From the NCBI GenBank assembly GCA_946965045.2, contig OX337241.1, positions 2,728,001-2,792,000 on the forward strand: a stretch of DNA of 64,000 nt. The letters are read 5' to 3'. The position numbers and the translations under genes are program-made. The notes beneath the pieces are model-generated. The model was not told the origin of the DNA, made no database searches, and saw only the letters and a program-made list of their open reading frames with translations. Positions 44,728-56,421 of the stretch are shown here, one piece after another; within the stretch, counting starts at the first letter, position 1; each line of letters starts with the position of its first letter. This stretch comes from Epithemia pelagica. Its lineage: Eukaryota; Protista; Bacillariophyta.

Positions 44728-47700
44728 ATGGCTACGGTAGACGACTTATCATTAAAGCATCTACGTTTGCAGACGTTCGATGGAAAGCATGAAAATTTCC
44801 AAGTTTGGTTCATGAACTTTCGTTCATATGCAGTGGCGCATGGATTCAAGTCGGCGATCAGCAAAGATGGGCCTGACACTGACTTGCCTTTGCGGGATGA
44901 TTCACCTCTCGATACCGATGCAACAGTGGCGGGAAAACAAGCTTTGGCCAAGAAGAAGAATGCGGCAGCCTTTTGTGCCTTGAACCTTGCGATGACAAGC
45001 CCTCAGATGATCCGAATGTTGACCGAAGCTCAGACGGATGAATGGCCCGATGGTTTGGCCTGGAAGGTGATTGCTGCATTGCACAAGAGATTTAAGCCGA
45101 CAGACACTGTATCGAAGATCGAGATGCGAAGGTTGTTGGGTAAAGTGGCCATGACCAAGAAAGAAGATCCGACTACTCTGTTCAGCCAAATTGGGCAGAT
45201 TGAAAATATGTTCAACGTGACGGTTGATGATGAGGAGAAAATTGCGATCGCAATTGAGGCAGCTCCGCGAGAATACCAGTCGATTATTGTGTCCGAGCAA
45301 CGCCAGCGGGGTGCGACATTGACGTCGGACCACATTGAAGACGTTATGCGGTTGCACTGGCGTGCACTTTATGGTCAGCGCACCAAGAATTTCCTGCAAG
45401 ACGACGGAGACGAAGACAACGAAATTGGTCTCGCAGCTGGAGACAAACAAGGTTCAACGTCAGGAAAGTCAAAATCAAGCAAGAAAAGTGGGAAAGGAGA
45501 CGGCAAGAAGACTTACAAATTCAAGGGCAAGTGCCATCATTGCGGAAAGGTCGGGCACAAGGCAGCAGACTGCTGGATAAAACCCGAAAACAAAGATAAG
45601 AGGCCCGAATGGTACAAGGTCGAGGAGCATGGCAAAGTAGCAAAGGACAGTGGTGAGACGGATGTCGAAGGCAGCGTCGAAATCATCACTTGTGCGGTCG
45701 ACTTACCTCCACGGAACATGGTATGGTTAGATACCGATGACGAGGACGATCACAACGAATACGAAGAACTCCCTGACTCGGTACTCGATCACGAGATCGT
45801 GAGCGACACCGACGACGAAGAGACAAGAGGCGACGACGAAGACCTCGATTGGATCAGTTTGTTGGGTGAAGAGGACGATGAAAGCATCCACGACTCGTTG
45901 ATTGTTGTATCAGATGACGACGAAGAAGAAGTGGACAGGGAGATTTGTTGTGCTGGTATGGCGAAGGAAATGGAATTCCCAGCCATCCAAAGTCTCCTGA
46001 CAGATCCGAATGTATGGATCGCAGACACAGGAGCGACGACGCATATGACTCCGTTTCGCGTCGGAATGGTTAATGTGAAGAAACAACATGATGAGAAAGG
46101 GATCACCATGGGCAACAATAAAACAGAAAAGGTCGTGGAAGTTGGCAACTTACCTGGAGTGTTGCACGACAAGAATGGGAACGCGCTCAACCGTGTGAAG
46201 ATGCAAGATGTCAGCGTGGTTCCAAGCGGTGGATTCAACCTGTTCAGCATCACGAAAATGCAGATGAGTGGATGGAAATTGGAAGGAGACAAACAGTCAA
46301 TCCGACTTACCAAGAATGGGCAGGAGATCATCTTCGATATCAAGATCCAAACGCCCAAGGGAGTGATTTTCGCCGCGTATTTTGAAAGGACCGAGTTGGG
46401 AAACGCAGCGACAAGTGAAGAGCAAATCAAAATGACAATGGAACAGGCTCATGAGAAACTGGGTCACATCGGAGAGAAAGCAGTAATCGAAACAGCCAAG
46501 AAACTTGGATGGAAACTTACCAAGACAACGATGCCAAAATGTGCAGCTTGCGCAGCTGGAAAGGCAAAACAGAAGAACTTGCCGCGAAATGAGAATGGAG
46601 AAGATGACAGGGAACACGATGACGAGAAACAACTTCGTGCTTACCTCGACATGGCCTCGATCAAGAAGAAGCAAGACATGCCAATTCCGTCGAAGCCGCA
46701 GTGGAGGATCTTGGTGGTCCACCCAAAAGTCCAGCTCAAGCTTTCCGAGTTCTATGATGCGAAAGATGAGATGCCAGAGGACACATGTGAGAAAATGGCA
46801 TTGATGAAACAACATGGTGTGTCCATCACTCACCTTCGGTTGGACAATGCAGGCGAGAACAAGGCCTTGCAGAAACGGTGTCAAAATGAAAAGTGGCAAC
46901 TTGGAATCCATTTCGAGTTCACTGCCCGTGATACACCCCAGCAGAACTCTATCGCTGAGGTGGGATTTGCTACCGTGATGAATCGAGCACGTGCGATGAT
47001 GCACCGCGCTAATATTCACATCGAAATCCGCTTCAAGTTGTGGCACGAGGCTTGCATGACGGCAACGCTTTTGGACGGCTTGGTTGTTGTGGATCATGGG
47101 GGAAGATCTGCGACTCGATACGAACACATTTGGGGGAAAGTGCCAACGTTCGCGAAACACTTGCGAATTTGGGGGGAAGCCGGAACGGTCAAGATCAAGA
47201 CTAAAACTTCCCCGAAATTAATGGACAAAGGTGTACATTGTTTCTTCGTTGGGTATGCACGTAATCATCCGGGTGACTGTTATCGGATGTTTGATCCCAA
47301 AACGGGTCGTGTTCGGGAATCACGCGACGTGACTTGGCTAAAGCGGCTATACTACAAGAAACCTCCTAATGCCAAGGAACTACAAACCAATCCAGTCGTG
47401 GATGCTGAGGCTGCATCGAATCACGGGGAGAGTCGCGGAAGTGGTCGCGAAAACGATGGCCAAGACGACCATGGCGGAAACGACAGCAATGTGAACGACA
47501 ACAACTCCAACAATGAATATGAACCGGATGATCCGATGCCTGAGGTCAACATGAGCACAGGCAATGACGAATCCACGGCTCCAGTGCGGAATATTGTGAT
47601 TCCGGAGCCTGATGAAACAACGACGACGCGAACAGGTCGTACCATACGAGCACCACAACGGTTGATTGCTGAAATTGGACAAGCCGTGTTGTCCAAGGCC

Positions 47701-49389
47701 GAACAGAATTACTACCATGCCCTTCAGGCATTGGACTCTGATGCCGACAGCTTCCTGGATGAAGAATTGGCCATGGTGGGTGCCGGATTGGGGCAAGGCA
47801 TCACGAATACAAAAGAGCTCAAGGTGATGACCTTTGATGAAGCAATGGCCCAAGCCGACAAGGATGCATGGGTGAAGTCAGTCGATGAAGAACACCAACG
47901 CATGATTGATTGTGGCGTTTGGGTGCCCATTCGGAAAGAAGATTTGCCTCCCAATTGCGACATCATCGATTCGACTTGGTCTATGAAGAAAAAGGCCAGT
48001 GGGAAGTATCGTGCTCGTTTGGCAGCTCGGGGTTTCAAACAACGCGAAGGAGTGTCATACGATCGTGATGATTTATTCGCACCGGTGGTCAACGAACTCA
48101 CCGTGAAAATTGCCTTTGTGATGATGATTTTGGCTGGGTGGTACGCCCATTTAATGGACGTAAAAGGGGCTTTTCTAAAATGTGGTTTTCGCACGCAACA
48201 CAAAGTGGCAATGGAAGTCCCAAGAGGTTTTGAAAAATTCTATCCCTACGGTTGGTTGTTGCTTCTGTTGAAGACGCTCTACGGATGCAAGCAAGCCGCT
48301 AAGATGTTTTGGGAATTTCTGTTGAAGTTGATGCAGAGTATGGGCTTTGATCGAAGCAAAGCCGACCCTTGTTTGTATTTTGCTTGGACGCAATTTGGGC
48401 TTATCTTGTTTCTGTCCTACATTGACGATATGATTCTGATGGGGAATAAAGACGGAGTTATGCATTTCCGTGAAATCTTCAAGGGAAAGGTTGATGTTGA
48501 TGATATTGGACCGTTGGATGAATATTTGGGGGCCAAGATTGAATTTTGTACTGAACAACGCACAGTCAAAATTACCCAACCAGTTCTTCTTCGCAGCTTT
48601 GGGGACGAATTTGGAGTGGGGGAGGGTACATCGAAAACACCTGCTGTACCGCACAGCACACTACAACCTGGTGATGAGAGTTCGCGTTTGGATGCTAAGG
48701 GCACATTTCGGGTTCGGTCTGGGATTGGAAAACTGTTGTACTTAATGAAATGGAGTCGCCCTGACATTTCAAATGCCGTTCGAGATTTGAGTCGGTTCAT
48801 GCAGGAACCTTCTCTTGCGCATGACAAGGCAATGCGCCGCTTGATGGAATACTGCGTCTCAACCAAACAGCGCGGTCTTTTGCTAAAACCAGAGGGACAG
48901 TGGGATGGAACAGCCGATTACGAGTTTGAGATCAGCGGCCGTTCTGACAGTGACTACGCGAAACAGCACGATCGCAAGAGTGTTAGCGGAATTTCGGTGT
49001 TTCTCAACGGTGCACCTATCCAAACGAAAAGCAAGACTCAGAGCATCATAACCCTGAGCGTTACGGAAGCCAAATTGGTGGCTGCTGTGGACTGTGTGCA
49101 AACGATGTTGTTCGCTCGGCAAATTATTCTCAGTATGGGGCTTAAGGTGAAACTACCTATGCTACTTGAAATGGACAACAAAGGGGGGAAAGATATCATC
49201 AATTCGTGGGCAGTTGGTGGACGGACACGTCACATAGATGTCCGAATGTTCTTCCTTCGAGAACTCAAGGAAGAAGGAATTCTCAAATGCAACTGGATCA
49301 GCACTGACGACAATTCTGCGGACCTCTTTACCAAGAATCTTGATGGTCCCACCTTTCTTCGTCATGGGTTGGTCTTTGTGGCCGATTGA
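44728..49389 (+). CDS. Copia gag-pol polyprotein (gag zinc knuckle, protease, integrase, RT, RNase H)
   Basis: CHHCGKVGHKAADC; WIADTGAT; HEKLGH..CAAC; YLDM..LDNAGE..NSIAE; YRARLAARGF, LYGCKQA, YIDD; SDSDYA..DN..ADLFTK. The domain order PR-IN-RT-RH is that of copia. Confidence 0.98.
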   Translation: MATVDDLSLKHLRLQTFDGKHENFQVWFMNFRSYAVAHGFKSAISKDGPDTDLPLRDDSPLDTDATVAGKQALAKKKNAAAFCALNLAMTSPQMIRMLTEAQTDEWPDGLAWKVIAALHKRFKPTDTVSKIEMRRLLGKVAMTKKEDPTTLFSQIGQIENMFNVTVDDEEKIAIAIEAAPREYQSIIVSEQRQRGATLTSDHIEDVMRLHWRALYGQRTKNFLQDDGDEDNEIGLAAGDKQGSTSGKSKSSKKSGKGDGKKTYKFKGKCHHCGKVGHKAADCWIKPENKDKRPEWYKVEEHGKVAKDSGETDVEGSVEIITCAVDLPPRNMVWLDTDDEDDHNEYEELPDSVLDHEIVSDTDDEETRGDDEDLDWISLLGEEDDESIHDSLIVVSDDDEEEVDREICCAGMAKEMEFPAIQSLLTDPNVWIADTGATTHMTPFRVGMVNVKKQHDEKGITMGNNKTEKVVEVGNLPGVLHDKNGNALNRVKMQDVSVVPSGGFNLFSITKMQMSGWKLEGDKQSIRLTKNGQEIIFDIKIQTPKGVIFAAYFERTELGNAATSEEQIKMTMEQAHEKLGHIGEKAVIETAKKLGWKLTKTTMPKCAACAAGKAKQKNLPRNENGEDDREHDDEKQLRAYLDMASIKKKQDMPIPSKPQWRILVVHPKVQLKLSEFYDAKDEMPEDTCEKMALMKQHGVSITHLRLDNAGENKALQKRCQNEKWQLGIHFEFTARDTPQQNSIAEVGFATVMNRARAMMHRANIHIEIRFKLWHEACMTATLLDGLVVVDHGGRSATRYEHIWGKVPTFAKHLRIWGEAGTVKIKTKTSPKLMDKGVHCFFVGYARNHPGDCYRMFDPKTGRVRESRDVTWLKRLYYKKPPNAKELQTNPVVDAEAASNHGESRGSGRENDGQDDHGGNDSNVNDNNSNNEYEPDDPMPEVNMSTGNDESTAPVRNIVIPEPDETTTTRTGRTIRAPQRLIAEIGQAVLSKAEQNYYHALQALDSDADSFLDEELAMVGAGLGQGITNTKELKVMTFDEAMAQADKDAWVKSVDEEHQRMIDCGVWVPIRKEDLPPNCDIIDSTWSMKKKASGKYRARLAARGFKQREGVSYDRDDLFAPVVNELTVKIAFVMMILAGWYAHLMDVKGAFLKCGFRTQHKVAMEVPRGFEKFYPYGWLLLLLKTLYGCKQAAKMFWEFLLKLMQSMGFDRSKADPCLYFAWTQFGLILFLSYIDDMILMGNKDGVMHFREIFKGKVDVDDIGPLDEYLGAKIEFCTEQRTVKITQPVLLRSFGDEFGVGEGTSKTPAVPHSTLQPGDESSRLDAKGTFRVRSGIGKLLYLMKWSRPDISNAVRDLSRFMQEPSLAHDKAMRRLMEYCVSTKQRGLLLKPEGQWDGTADYEFEISGRSDSDYAKQHDRKSVSGISVFLNGAPIQTKSKTQSIITLSVTEAKLVAAVDCVQTMLFARQIILSMGLKVKLPMLLEMDNKGGKDIINSWAVGGRTRHIDVRMFFLRELKEEGILKCNWISTDDNSADLFTKNLDGPTFLRHGLVFVAD

Positions 49390-49409
49390 AGTCAGCCACA
49401 AGGGGAGGG

Positions 49410-49689
49410 TGTTGGAACCTATTGTGGCCTGACTGATGGTCGCCCTTATAACGGTCGGGATTAGCGCTGTGGCCTCTATAACGGTCGGGATTAGCGCCTT
49501 GGGATTCGACTACTGGGGAAACTATGTACGGGATCAGGTCATATGAATGGGAGTCGAAATAGGTCTTACTCCCACGGGGACACAAACAAACACAGAATAC
49601 GATTAGGATAACGAAAACAAAATATTAGTAATGAGATCATAAGTTTGGGAAAAGAAAACCTAATAGGCCAGTCTTAAAGTGTTCTAGCA
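49410..49689 (+). repeat. 3' LTR
   Basis: Copy of 44413-44692, directly after the PPT. Confidence 0.97.
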
Positions 49690-50049
49690 CCTGGGGCGAC
49701 AACGCGATCCTTTTCTTTGATTCATTCTTCAGTACTCCAATCGGACGAGGAGGGAGTGGAACTGTGCTCGGTACTTCGATCCGTAGCGTTGCGTTCCTCG
49801 TCATCGGCGCGATTCAATCCTAGGTCCGACTTGAAGCCTCTTGGAGCATTCGATGCGAACATGACGTCGCCATTCATCGGAAAATTTGTCGCTCTCCCCC
49901 AAGCAGTGCCGTCATAGATATTTCGGCTCCCCGCAAGGCGATTGCAGGTGGCTTTTCCACGCCATTCTGGTTTCGTCAACGCAAATTCAAACCTTCTTCT
50001 TCACCATTGACGGGTGATCCGTCGAGATGATTCTTTGCACCGACCGTGC

Positions 50050-51745
50050 AAAAGATACGCACAGAGCGCAAAAAGATATTGGGATTTGGGGGGGGGTGAA
50101 CTCAAAAGAGGGCATGTTCGCCCCCCTTTCATGAACGGCGCGATCAATGATCGACCGTCCGTCCTCCGTACGTGGTGGAGTGGATATAACTCGAGTTCAC
50201 CATGACCATGACACTGAAAGAAAAACCAGGAGAGTCGTCGTGGCTTTTCGTATCGAGTGATCGTTACATATGAAACAAGACGAGACAGAAAAGAGCAGAG
50301 CCTGTGGATCTGGACAAGACGTTCTGGTGATTGTTCGACAGGAAGACGACGTCGGACCAGAACCGTCGTCAAAAAGACAATTTACGATGATGAATGTTGC
50401 TGTGCTCGTCCCTATGTCTCGAGTTTCCAACCAAAGCATGCAGATTGCAAGGCTGAATCATGGGTTCCTTCACTACATGCTCGTCCGTCTCAACCTGCCG
50501 GTGCTTCTAGTAAAACACACCGAACCAGCTTGCAATGGCCACCGTTTGCATGGCATGCACGGTAGCAAACCATGTCAGCAGCATGAAACAGACCTGGTTT
50601 TTGTATTGAAGCTTGCTGAGAGGCACCACAACGGACAGTACTGACAGTACGAACATTTTAGGGCGACAAAACTGTGCCAGTATCACGACAACGACAGGCA
50701 CCACAATCATGCTCGACTCGGATGCGTTTCACCATTGATGGAAGAAGAGCCATGTCAACAAAAGCGGCAACAACAATGTCCTTTTCATGGTGTGCATTCA
50801 TTCATCAAGTGCAAGAAGAAGGGAGAAGAAAGGTCCAAGCATTGGAAGAATCGTCTCTCAAGTGGCAGATTCACCAGTGAGACCACAGCATGATGACAGG
50901 ATCATGTTGTCTGAATCTAAGGGCAACGCACAATGTTGTGGAAGAAGCCATGAAGGTCAATGTGGAATCAAATAGGTGGACATTTTGTCAATGTTGCAGA
51001 ACCAACAAGGCCAATGGCCTCTGGCCAAGTACCATCCACAAGTAGCAGGATGGAACAACACCAGGTCGAATCACCTAGTCCAACACTGAGGCCTTTAACT
51101 GACGACCAGCAGTACTCACAGGATGGAACAACACGACACTGCCAACAACAATCGATCGAATCACCGTCGAATTCAAGCGACTTCCTTCCCCGACTTGCAA
51201 TACTACCCATGTCTCTCTTAATCCACGGCCTCTGCAGTCTTGTTGCTTTTTTGTTGGGAACCAACAACCAGACAGACTGTGGAGCGTTTTCATTGCATAA
51301 TTTTAACACGACACTACAGTACTCTACTGCTCATTGCAAGTGGCATCCGCAACCACCTCAAACTGACGGAAACAAATCGCACCACAATTCTGTCATTCTT
51401 GTTCTGCGAGTCGTGTGAGGATACCAGAACGTGGATGTCTGTTTCGCCGTGAGGTGTATTATTTTCGTATCCAAAAACCTCCACGGTGGTATTTCAAATG
51501 AATTGGAGGCGTGGTCTTCTTCGTTTTGTGGGACGATTGCGGTCCATATTTGTCTCGACCGCTGGCATCCGCAACAACCTCAAACTGACGGAAACAAATC
51601 TCACCAATTCTGTCATTCTTGTTCTGGGGGTCGTGTGAGGATACCAGAACGTGGATGTCTGTTTCGCCGTGAGGTGTATTATTTCGGTATCCAAAAACCT
51701 CCACGGGGGTCTTCTGAGTTCATAAGGATGCGTCGTCTTCTTCCA
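50050..51745. repeat. Patchwork of further copies of kelch-flanking non-coding modules, including a ~222-bp-period tandem duplication (51340-51487 / 51562-51707)
   Basis: 50050-50560 is the reverse complement of ~28300-28810. 50940-51400 resembles 41170-41450 and, inverted, 34620-34930. 51650-51745 resembles 41450-41550. Confidence 0.75.
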
Positions 51746-52772
51746 ATTCACCGGCAATAGAAGGGTGGATTGGAATCAGACCCATAAATTCGAAGTCCGT
51801 AGACTTCTTCTTGGAATTCCTCTTCTTGCCTTGATCAGTATCATCATCTTCCTCGGGGATAGAGAACTCCTCAAACTTGGACGAATCAAGGCGGAAATCA
51901 GGAAGAACATTGCCAGGACGGTCTCCATCAGAGTCTTCGGGAATGTTACAATCAACGACGCAAGCATCAAAGATCATCTGGGCAGAGGGAATGTCAGGGT
52001 AATCCGTGCTGATCAGGAGATTCTTCAATTCGTCTGAGACCAAAGAAACTGGGGGGCTATCGAAACCTTCTTGAGTCAAGCATATGAAGGAAGGAACCGG
52101 ATTTACGATCGAACCAGAATCGGGTGCAAGGAGCACACTATGAATCATTCGAAGCTTTTTATCGTGATCAACTCCCAAGAAGGCCAACGGCATACCATTC
52201 AAGTCGCATGAAAGAAAGTGCTGGAGGTCTTTTAGGCAAGTAACTTTGTTGAAACTTGCACACAGTTTCGACCAAACCTTCGAGTCACCATCAAGTGCTA
52301 GGTGGAAGTCTGAACAAAAGGAGTCAGCCCAACCCGCGGGACGACAAGACATGAGACGGGTCTTCTCGGAAGAGGACACCGGGAACTTCGACTTGAACAT
52401 GTCAGCACGGCGGAATGGAAGAACAGGAACGGTAGAGGGGTGTTCAGCATTGGAAGAAGGAGCCAATTTCATCGGTAAGGTTACATCCTGATCGAATCCC
52501 GAACCGGTTTTGGATCCACCAATCTCATCGTCAAGCGAGAGCGAAGAAAGGGCATGAATACCGGCAGTGCCCGTAGCAGGCAAAACAGTCCCTTTGCGAT
52601 TATCCAATCCACCAGTAAGAGCAGAAGCGTCAGAAGCATTAGGAGAGGAATCATCAGTAGTCCCGTTCTTCGAACCTGTCCCGAGGATTTCCTGCGGGGG
52701 AGTCTCATCATCAGTCATCGGGAACAAATCGTCAACCTCCTCAAAGAAAGGAGAAGTCGAAGACAACACCAT
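51720..52772 (-). CDS. 3'-truncated unknown ORF (350 aa), possibly ORF1 of a retroelement
   Basis: Clean ATG-started ORF with a disordered N-terminus and a globular-looking core (LAFLGVDHDKKLRMIHSVLL...FMGLIPIHPSIA). Its last codons are read from the flanking repeat module. Confidence 0.45.
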   Translation of the reverse strand: MVLSSTSPFFEEVDDLFPMTDDETPPQEILGTGSKNGTTDDSSPNASDASALTGGLDNRKGTVLPATGTAGIHALSSLSLDDEIGGSKTGSGFDQDVTLPMKLAPSSNAEHPSTVPVLPFRRADMFKSKFPVSSSEKTRLMSCRPAGWADSFCSDFHLALDGDSKVWSKLCASFNKVTCLKDLQHFLSCDLNGMPLAFLGVDHDKKLRMIHSVLLAPDSGSIVNPVPSFICLTQEGFDSPPVSLVSDELKNLLISTDYPDIPSAQMIFDACVVDCNIPEDSDGDRPGNVLPDFRLDSSKFEEFSIPEEDDDTDQGKKRNSKKKSTDFEFMGLIPIHPSIAGELEEDDASL

Positions 52773-53209
52773 CGTAGCAACAAGTTTTGAAAAGTCTTAG
52801 GAACTATCTAGTCTGATGACCTCCACTTGAGTAGGCAGTGTTCTCGTGTCGCTGCTCACTATCTCAAGATTGTGAGCTCGACTCTGATGCAGACTTCCAT
52901 CCAGCTCCAACCAAAGTTGTGCGCGCCGTCGCGCTCTGCGCGCTTGTAGCGCGTGCTCGACTGATGTCTGAACATCTGCTCCCGAACTCCTGCCGCGTCA
53001 CGACGTACGCACGACAGACAATGCCTACGTTGAAGGTTGTAGGGAAAGATCGTACTTTCGAACTTCGCCTGCGTTGAAGGTATCAGGAAAACATAGCACT
53101 TTTGAAGAAGGGTCATTGATCAAAGATCGAAACGAAAATACATTAGTATTCATTTCGAAAGTCATACCATATACTGTCCTATCAGAAAGAAGAAAGAATA
53201 ATCGAAAAT

Positions 53210-55068
53210 ATGTCGAAACAAAACAACGAGAGAATCGGTCTCTCTCTCAATGGAGGGATTCTTGTAGCTGCAGCAGGAAACGCGGCAATCATGCGGGGCT
53301 TCCAGCAGAACAAAATCAAGGTGGACGGTAAGGAAAGACCAGCTTTGGAAGCTTTCCACTATATGTCTGGCCTCAGCGGAGGGATAATTCCCACCGTACT
53401 GTATAGCTATTCCCAGGACGTCGACTCTTCGGAACTCTTGGATGCAGATAATCGCATCGACGACCCCTCCAAAATCACTCCCGAAGTATTGGAAAGAAGA
53501 GCTGAAAATTCAATCTTCGAAAAATTGGTGTCGAGTTTGAGTCTTAGGGCGATTCCGATGATCATATACGGACTATTTTCCATGAATCTTGATGCGATTT
53601 GGACATTGACGCTTTGGTACGGATTACTGAGACCGTATGGTATCCAGAGGAACAAACATATTTTGACCAGCTCGGACGAGGCGAAGGACGACTCGATTCG
53701 CCCTCGAGAAGGAATCAAGGCGATTCCATTGGTCAACTTTTCTTTGGCTGGTGATGCTGAAGACAATGGGAGATCTGGAATTCAGGCTTTTCTAAAAATT
53801 TCCTGGAAACTTACCAATTATTTTGGGTTTGGAAAAGATTTTAAAAACTACCCAAAAGATGACGAATGGCCTGAATACACCAACACTTTTGTTTCTCCCG
53901 AGATTATCAGAGACACTGTAGAGGAGTACGGTGGTAGCTTCTTAATGCCTTTCGTCGCAAGCCCTACCGAGGTCACCAATTCATGTCTCAAGTCTTCGCC
54001 AGGTCCTGACGGAAAAACCTTCGAAGTCAATTCGGTACCCCTCAAAGAATGGGGCGGCAGCGAAAAGCCCTGCAGCCTCGAGTTCTTGACGGGTATGGGA
54101 ACGAATTTTCTATCGATGGGGTACGGGATCAACATGGGCGAATTAGAAGAGACTGAAAATACAGCATTTTTTATGAGAGCTGCTCAAACTCGAAAGGCTC
54201 GATTAACACCCGGTGGGGAGGAGAAGGATAGACTATTTTTCGACGGAGGATATGTCGATGGCCTTGGTGTGCCGGCTTTGGTTCAGAGAAAGGTCGGCAC
54301 AATCATTTCCACAATTTGGCCCCACGAAGGCATCAGATCGTACGCGGAGCATTACAAGGCAGCGCCCCCGAATGTACCTCTTAAGGAATGGTTGGAGAAG
54401 TGCCAAGGCATTGCTCTTGCGGAAATAGCGTCATACTTCGGCTACTTTTCCAAGAATGCGTCAAATCTTATTTTGAATCGAATGTTCGAAGATGGCACGT
54501 ATCATCTTGGCAAGTTGAGGGAGAAACTGGACCTGTTGTACGAGGCGGGATTGCCGCTTGTGGTGACCATGAAAGGTCTCAAGACTGTCGATAATCCATA
54601 CTGGGGAATTACTGCAGGCGAAACGTTAGATCTCACCATTATCTATGTCACTCTCCCGACAAAATTTTCCAAAGATATTCCCGTGGAAAGCGTCCCTCCA
54701 GGAAAGAACGAGGATGGAACTTCCAAAGAGATGCTTGACGAAGACGGAAACTTTACCAACGACGAGTTCAAGCATTTCCCAAACTTGGAAGGCATCAATA
54801 ACTTCACCTCCAAAACTAAGTTTTGGTCTTATCTCAGATATGCAGCACTAAGTCGCCGTCAGGCTAACATGACAGGTATGTATAGTCGATCTTTATTCAT
54901 TTCATTTTATGAATTCTTGTCGCTCACACATGTCTTGAATCGTTGTTTCCCCTATGTGTCCTATCAGCACACCTTGGTTCGTGGATCGTCAACGAAGCAT
55001 GGGACGGCCTCACCGTTGATGGAAAGAAGGTGTTCGGGGGATTCAAGGAAATTCTCGAAAAGGAGTAG
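53210..55068 (+). CDS. cPLA2/lysophospholipase-patatin-fold lipase, two exons (53210-54875, 54968-55068; 588 aa)
   Basis: Nucleophile elbow YMSGLSGG, catalytic Asp motif FFDGGYVD, and N-terminal IGLSLNGG strand. A GTATGT...CTATCAG intron restores the frame AHLGSWIVNEAWDGL...EKE*. Confidence 0.8.
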
Positions 55069-56421
55069 GTTCCAAGATTGCCAATCTTAGTAAGAAAAGA
55101 AAACACGGATTCCACGGATTTCGTGTTTACGTTCACATAGATGTATTGCCATGAAGAGAATCGGAAAAGTCGGGAGTCAAGCGTCGCCTCGCATTATCCA
55201 CAAGCAATAACCGCGATGTTTCGATCGCTAGGAGGCACGTTAAATTCAGTTCGTAGACACACCCTAACTCTAAAAAAGACCCCTTTTCTGCAATGTCGTT
55301 TTTTCGTGTAACCCCCCCTTCTAGTTCTAAAACGTAGGTCGTGAACATGACCAAAGGCATTGGTGGCACACCAAAATCAACTGTATCCATAATCGTGTAG
55401 AAGTCCACGGAAAGCACGCCTTTCGCAACGAAACAGCTTTCAAATATTGCTACCACGGGGAACCTACTCCAATAGCTACCCCAACCCCAACGATTAGATG
55501 TCCACGAAATATGAGAAAAATGAACGAACGAACCGTTGGATGCCAATTGTCAATTGTATCCACTATCCACTATCCACACAAAGTCACAAAGAGAGAAAGA
55601 GAATTGAATGTAAAAAAATCTATGAAGGATGATGGATGAGCGAGACGGTCCTAGCAAGTAATGCCATTACGGCATGCACAGTGTTCTGGGAGTTGGCATG
55701 CCCGGCAGTAGGGACAATGAGAAGAGTCGATGACAACAAGCTCGATTCAAATTACGGCATTTTTGTACCTTACTCTACGTCTGCTACCAAAGTGCAATCG
55801 AATCATTCTTCTGTTCAAAACAAGTTACTCCTAAGGCATTATATTCTGGGGGATTCCAAAAATGCGGAATGTTTGGGGGCTGGTCTCAGAATGTGACAAC
55901 AATGGCTTGGTGCTCGATCTGTGCTTTTTGTGTTGTAGGAGTACGTGAGTTACAAGAAGTTACAAGCCTCCCTTCTCTTCTTCTGATCTCCGTTCTGCAA
56001 ATACTCGTCCAACTTGCAACCACACCATGTTCGCAACTTGTTGCAAGGGACTTGCAACTTGCAAGAGCGATGCGGGCGCGAGTGCGTCGACTATTGTATG
56101 TATACTACCCTACTCGACGTTCGGGATTAACCGAATTGCTAGTACTGCTAGCTACCGGCAATCGGAGATAAGCTTATACTCTGGTCCATAGGACATGTAC
56201 TCATACTCTCCGTGATAAAATCAACAGGCTTGACGAAGAACAACAAACTTGAGAGTCACGAGGAACGCGAATCATGATGATGTGTTACCTCTTTCGCTCA
56301 TCGCTCCGTCGGTCCTAGTTTCCGCAACCTCTCTCCTACCTAGTCGATTGGGACCAAGTACTTGCCACAAGACGAATGACTACTGTTGTCACACTGAGTC
56401 ATGTGCGAGTGAGAATGATCA

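Larger units (their letters stand above)
44413..49689 (+). mobile_element. Full-length Ty1/copia (CoDi-type) LTR retrotransposon, very recent insertion
   Basis: 280-bp TG...CA LTRs, 5-bp TSD CCTGG (44408-44412 and 49690-49694), PPT AAGGGGAGGG at 49400-49409, and a single gag-pol ORF. Confidence 0.98.

Noticed and set aside
44232-49979. Short minus-strand ORF (~95 aa) reconstituted across the copia insertion site
   Set aside because: No recognisable domain, so there is no support that the insertion disrupted a gene.
55133-55546. 137-aa minus ORF convergent with the lipase gene
   Set aside because: Short, with no motif I can assign; left uncalled.
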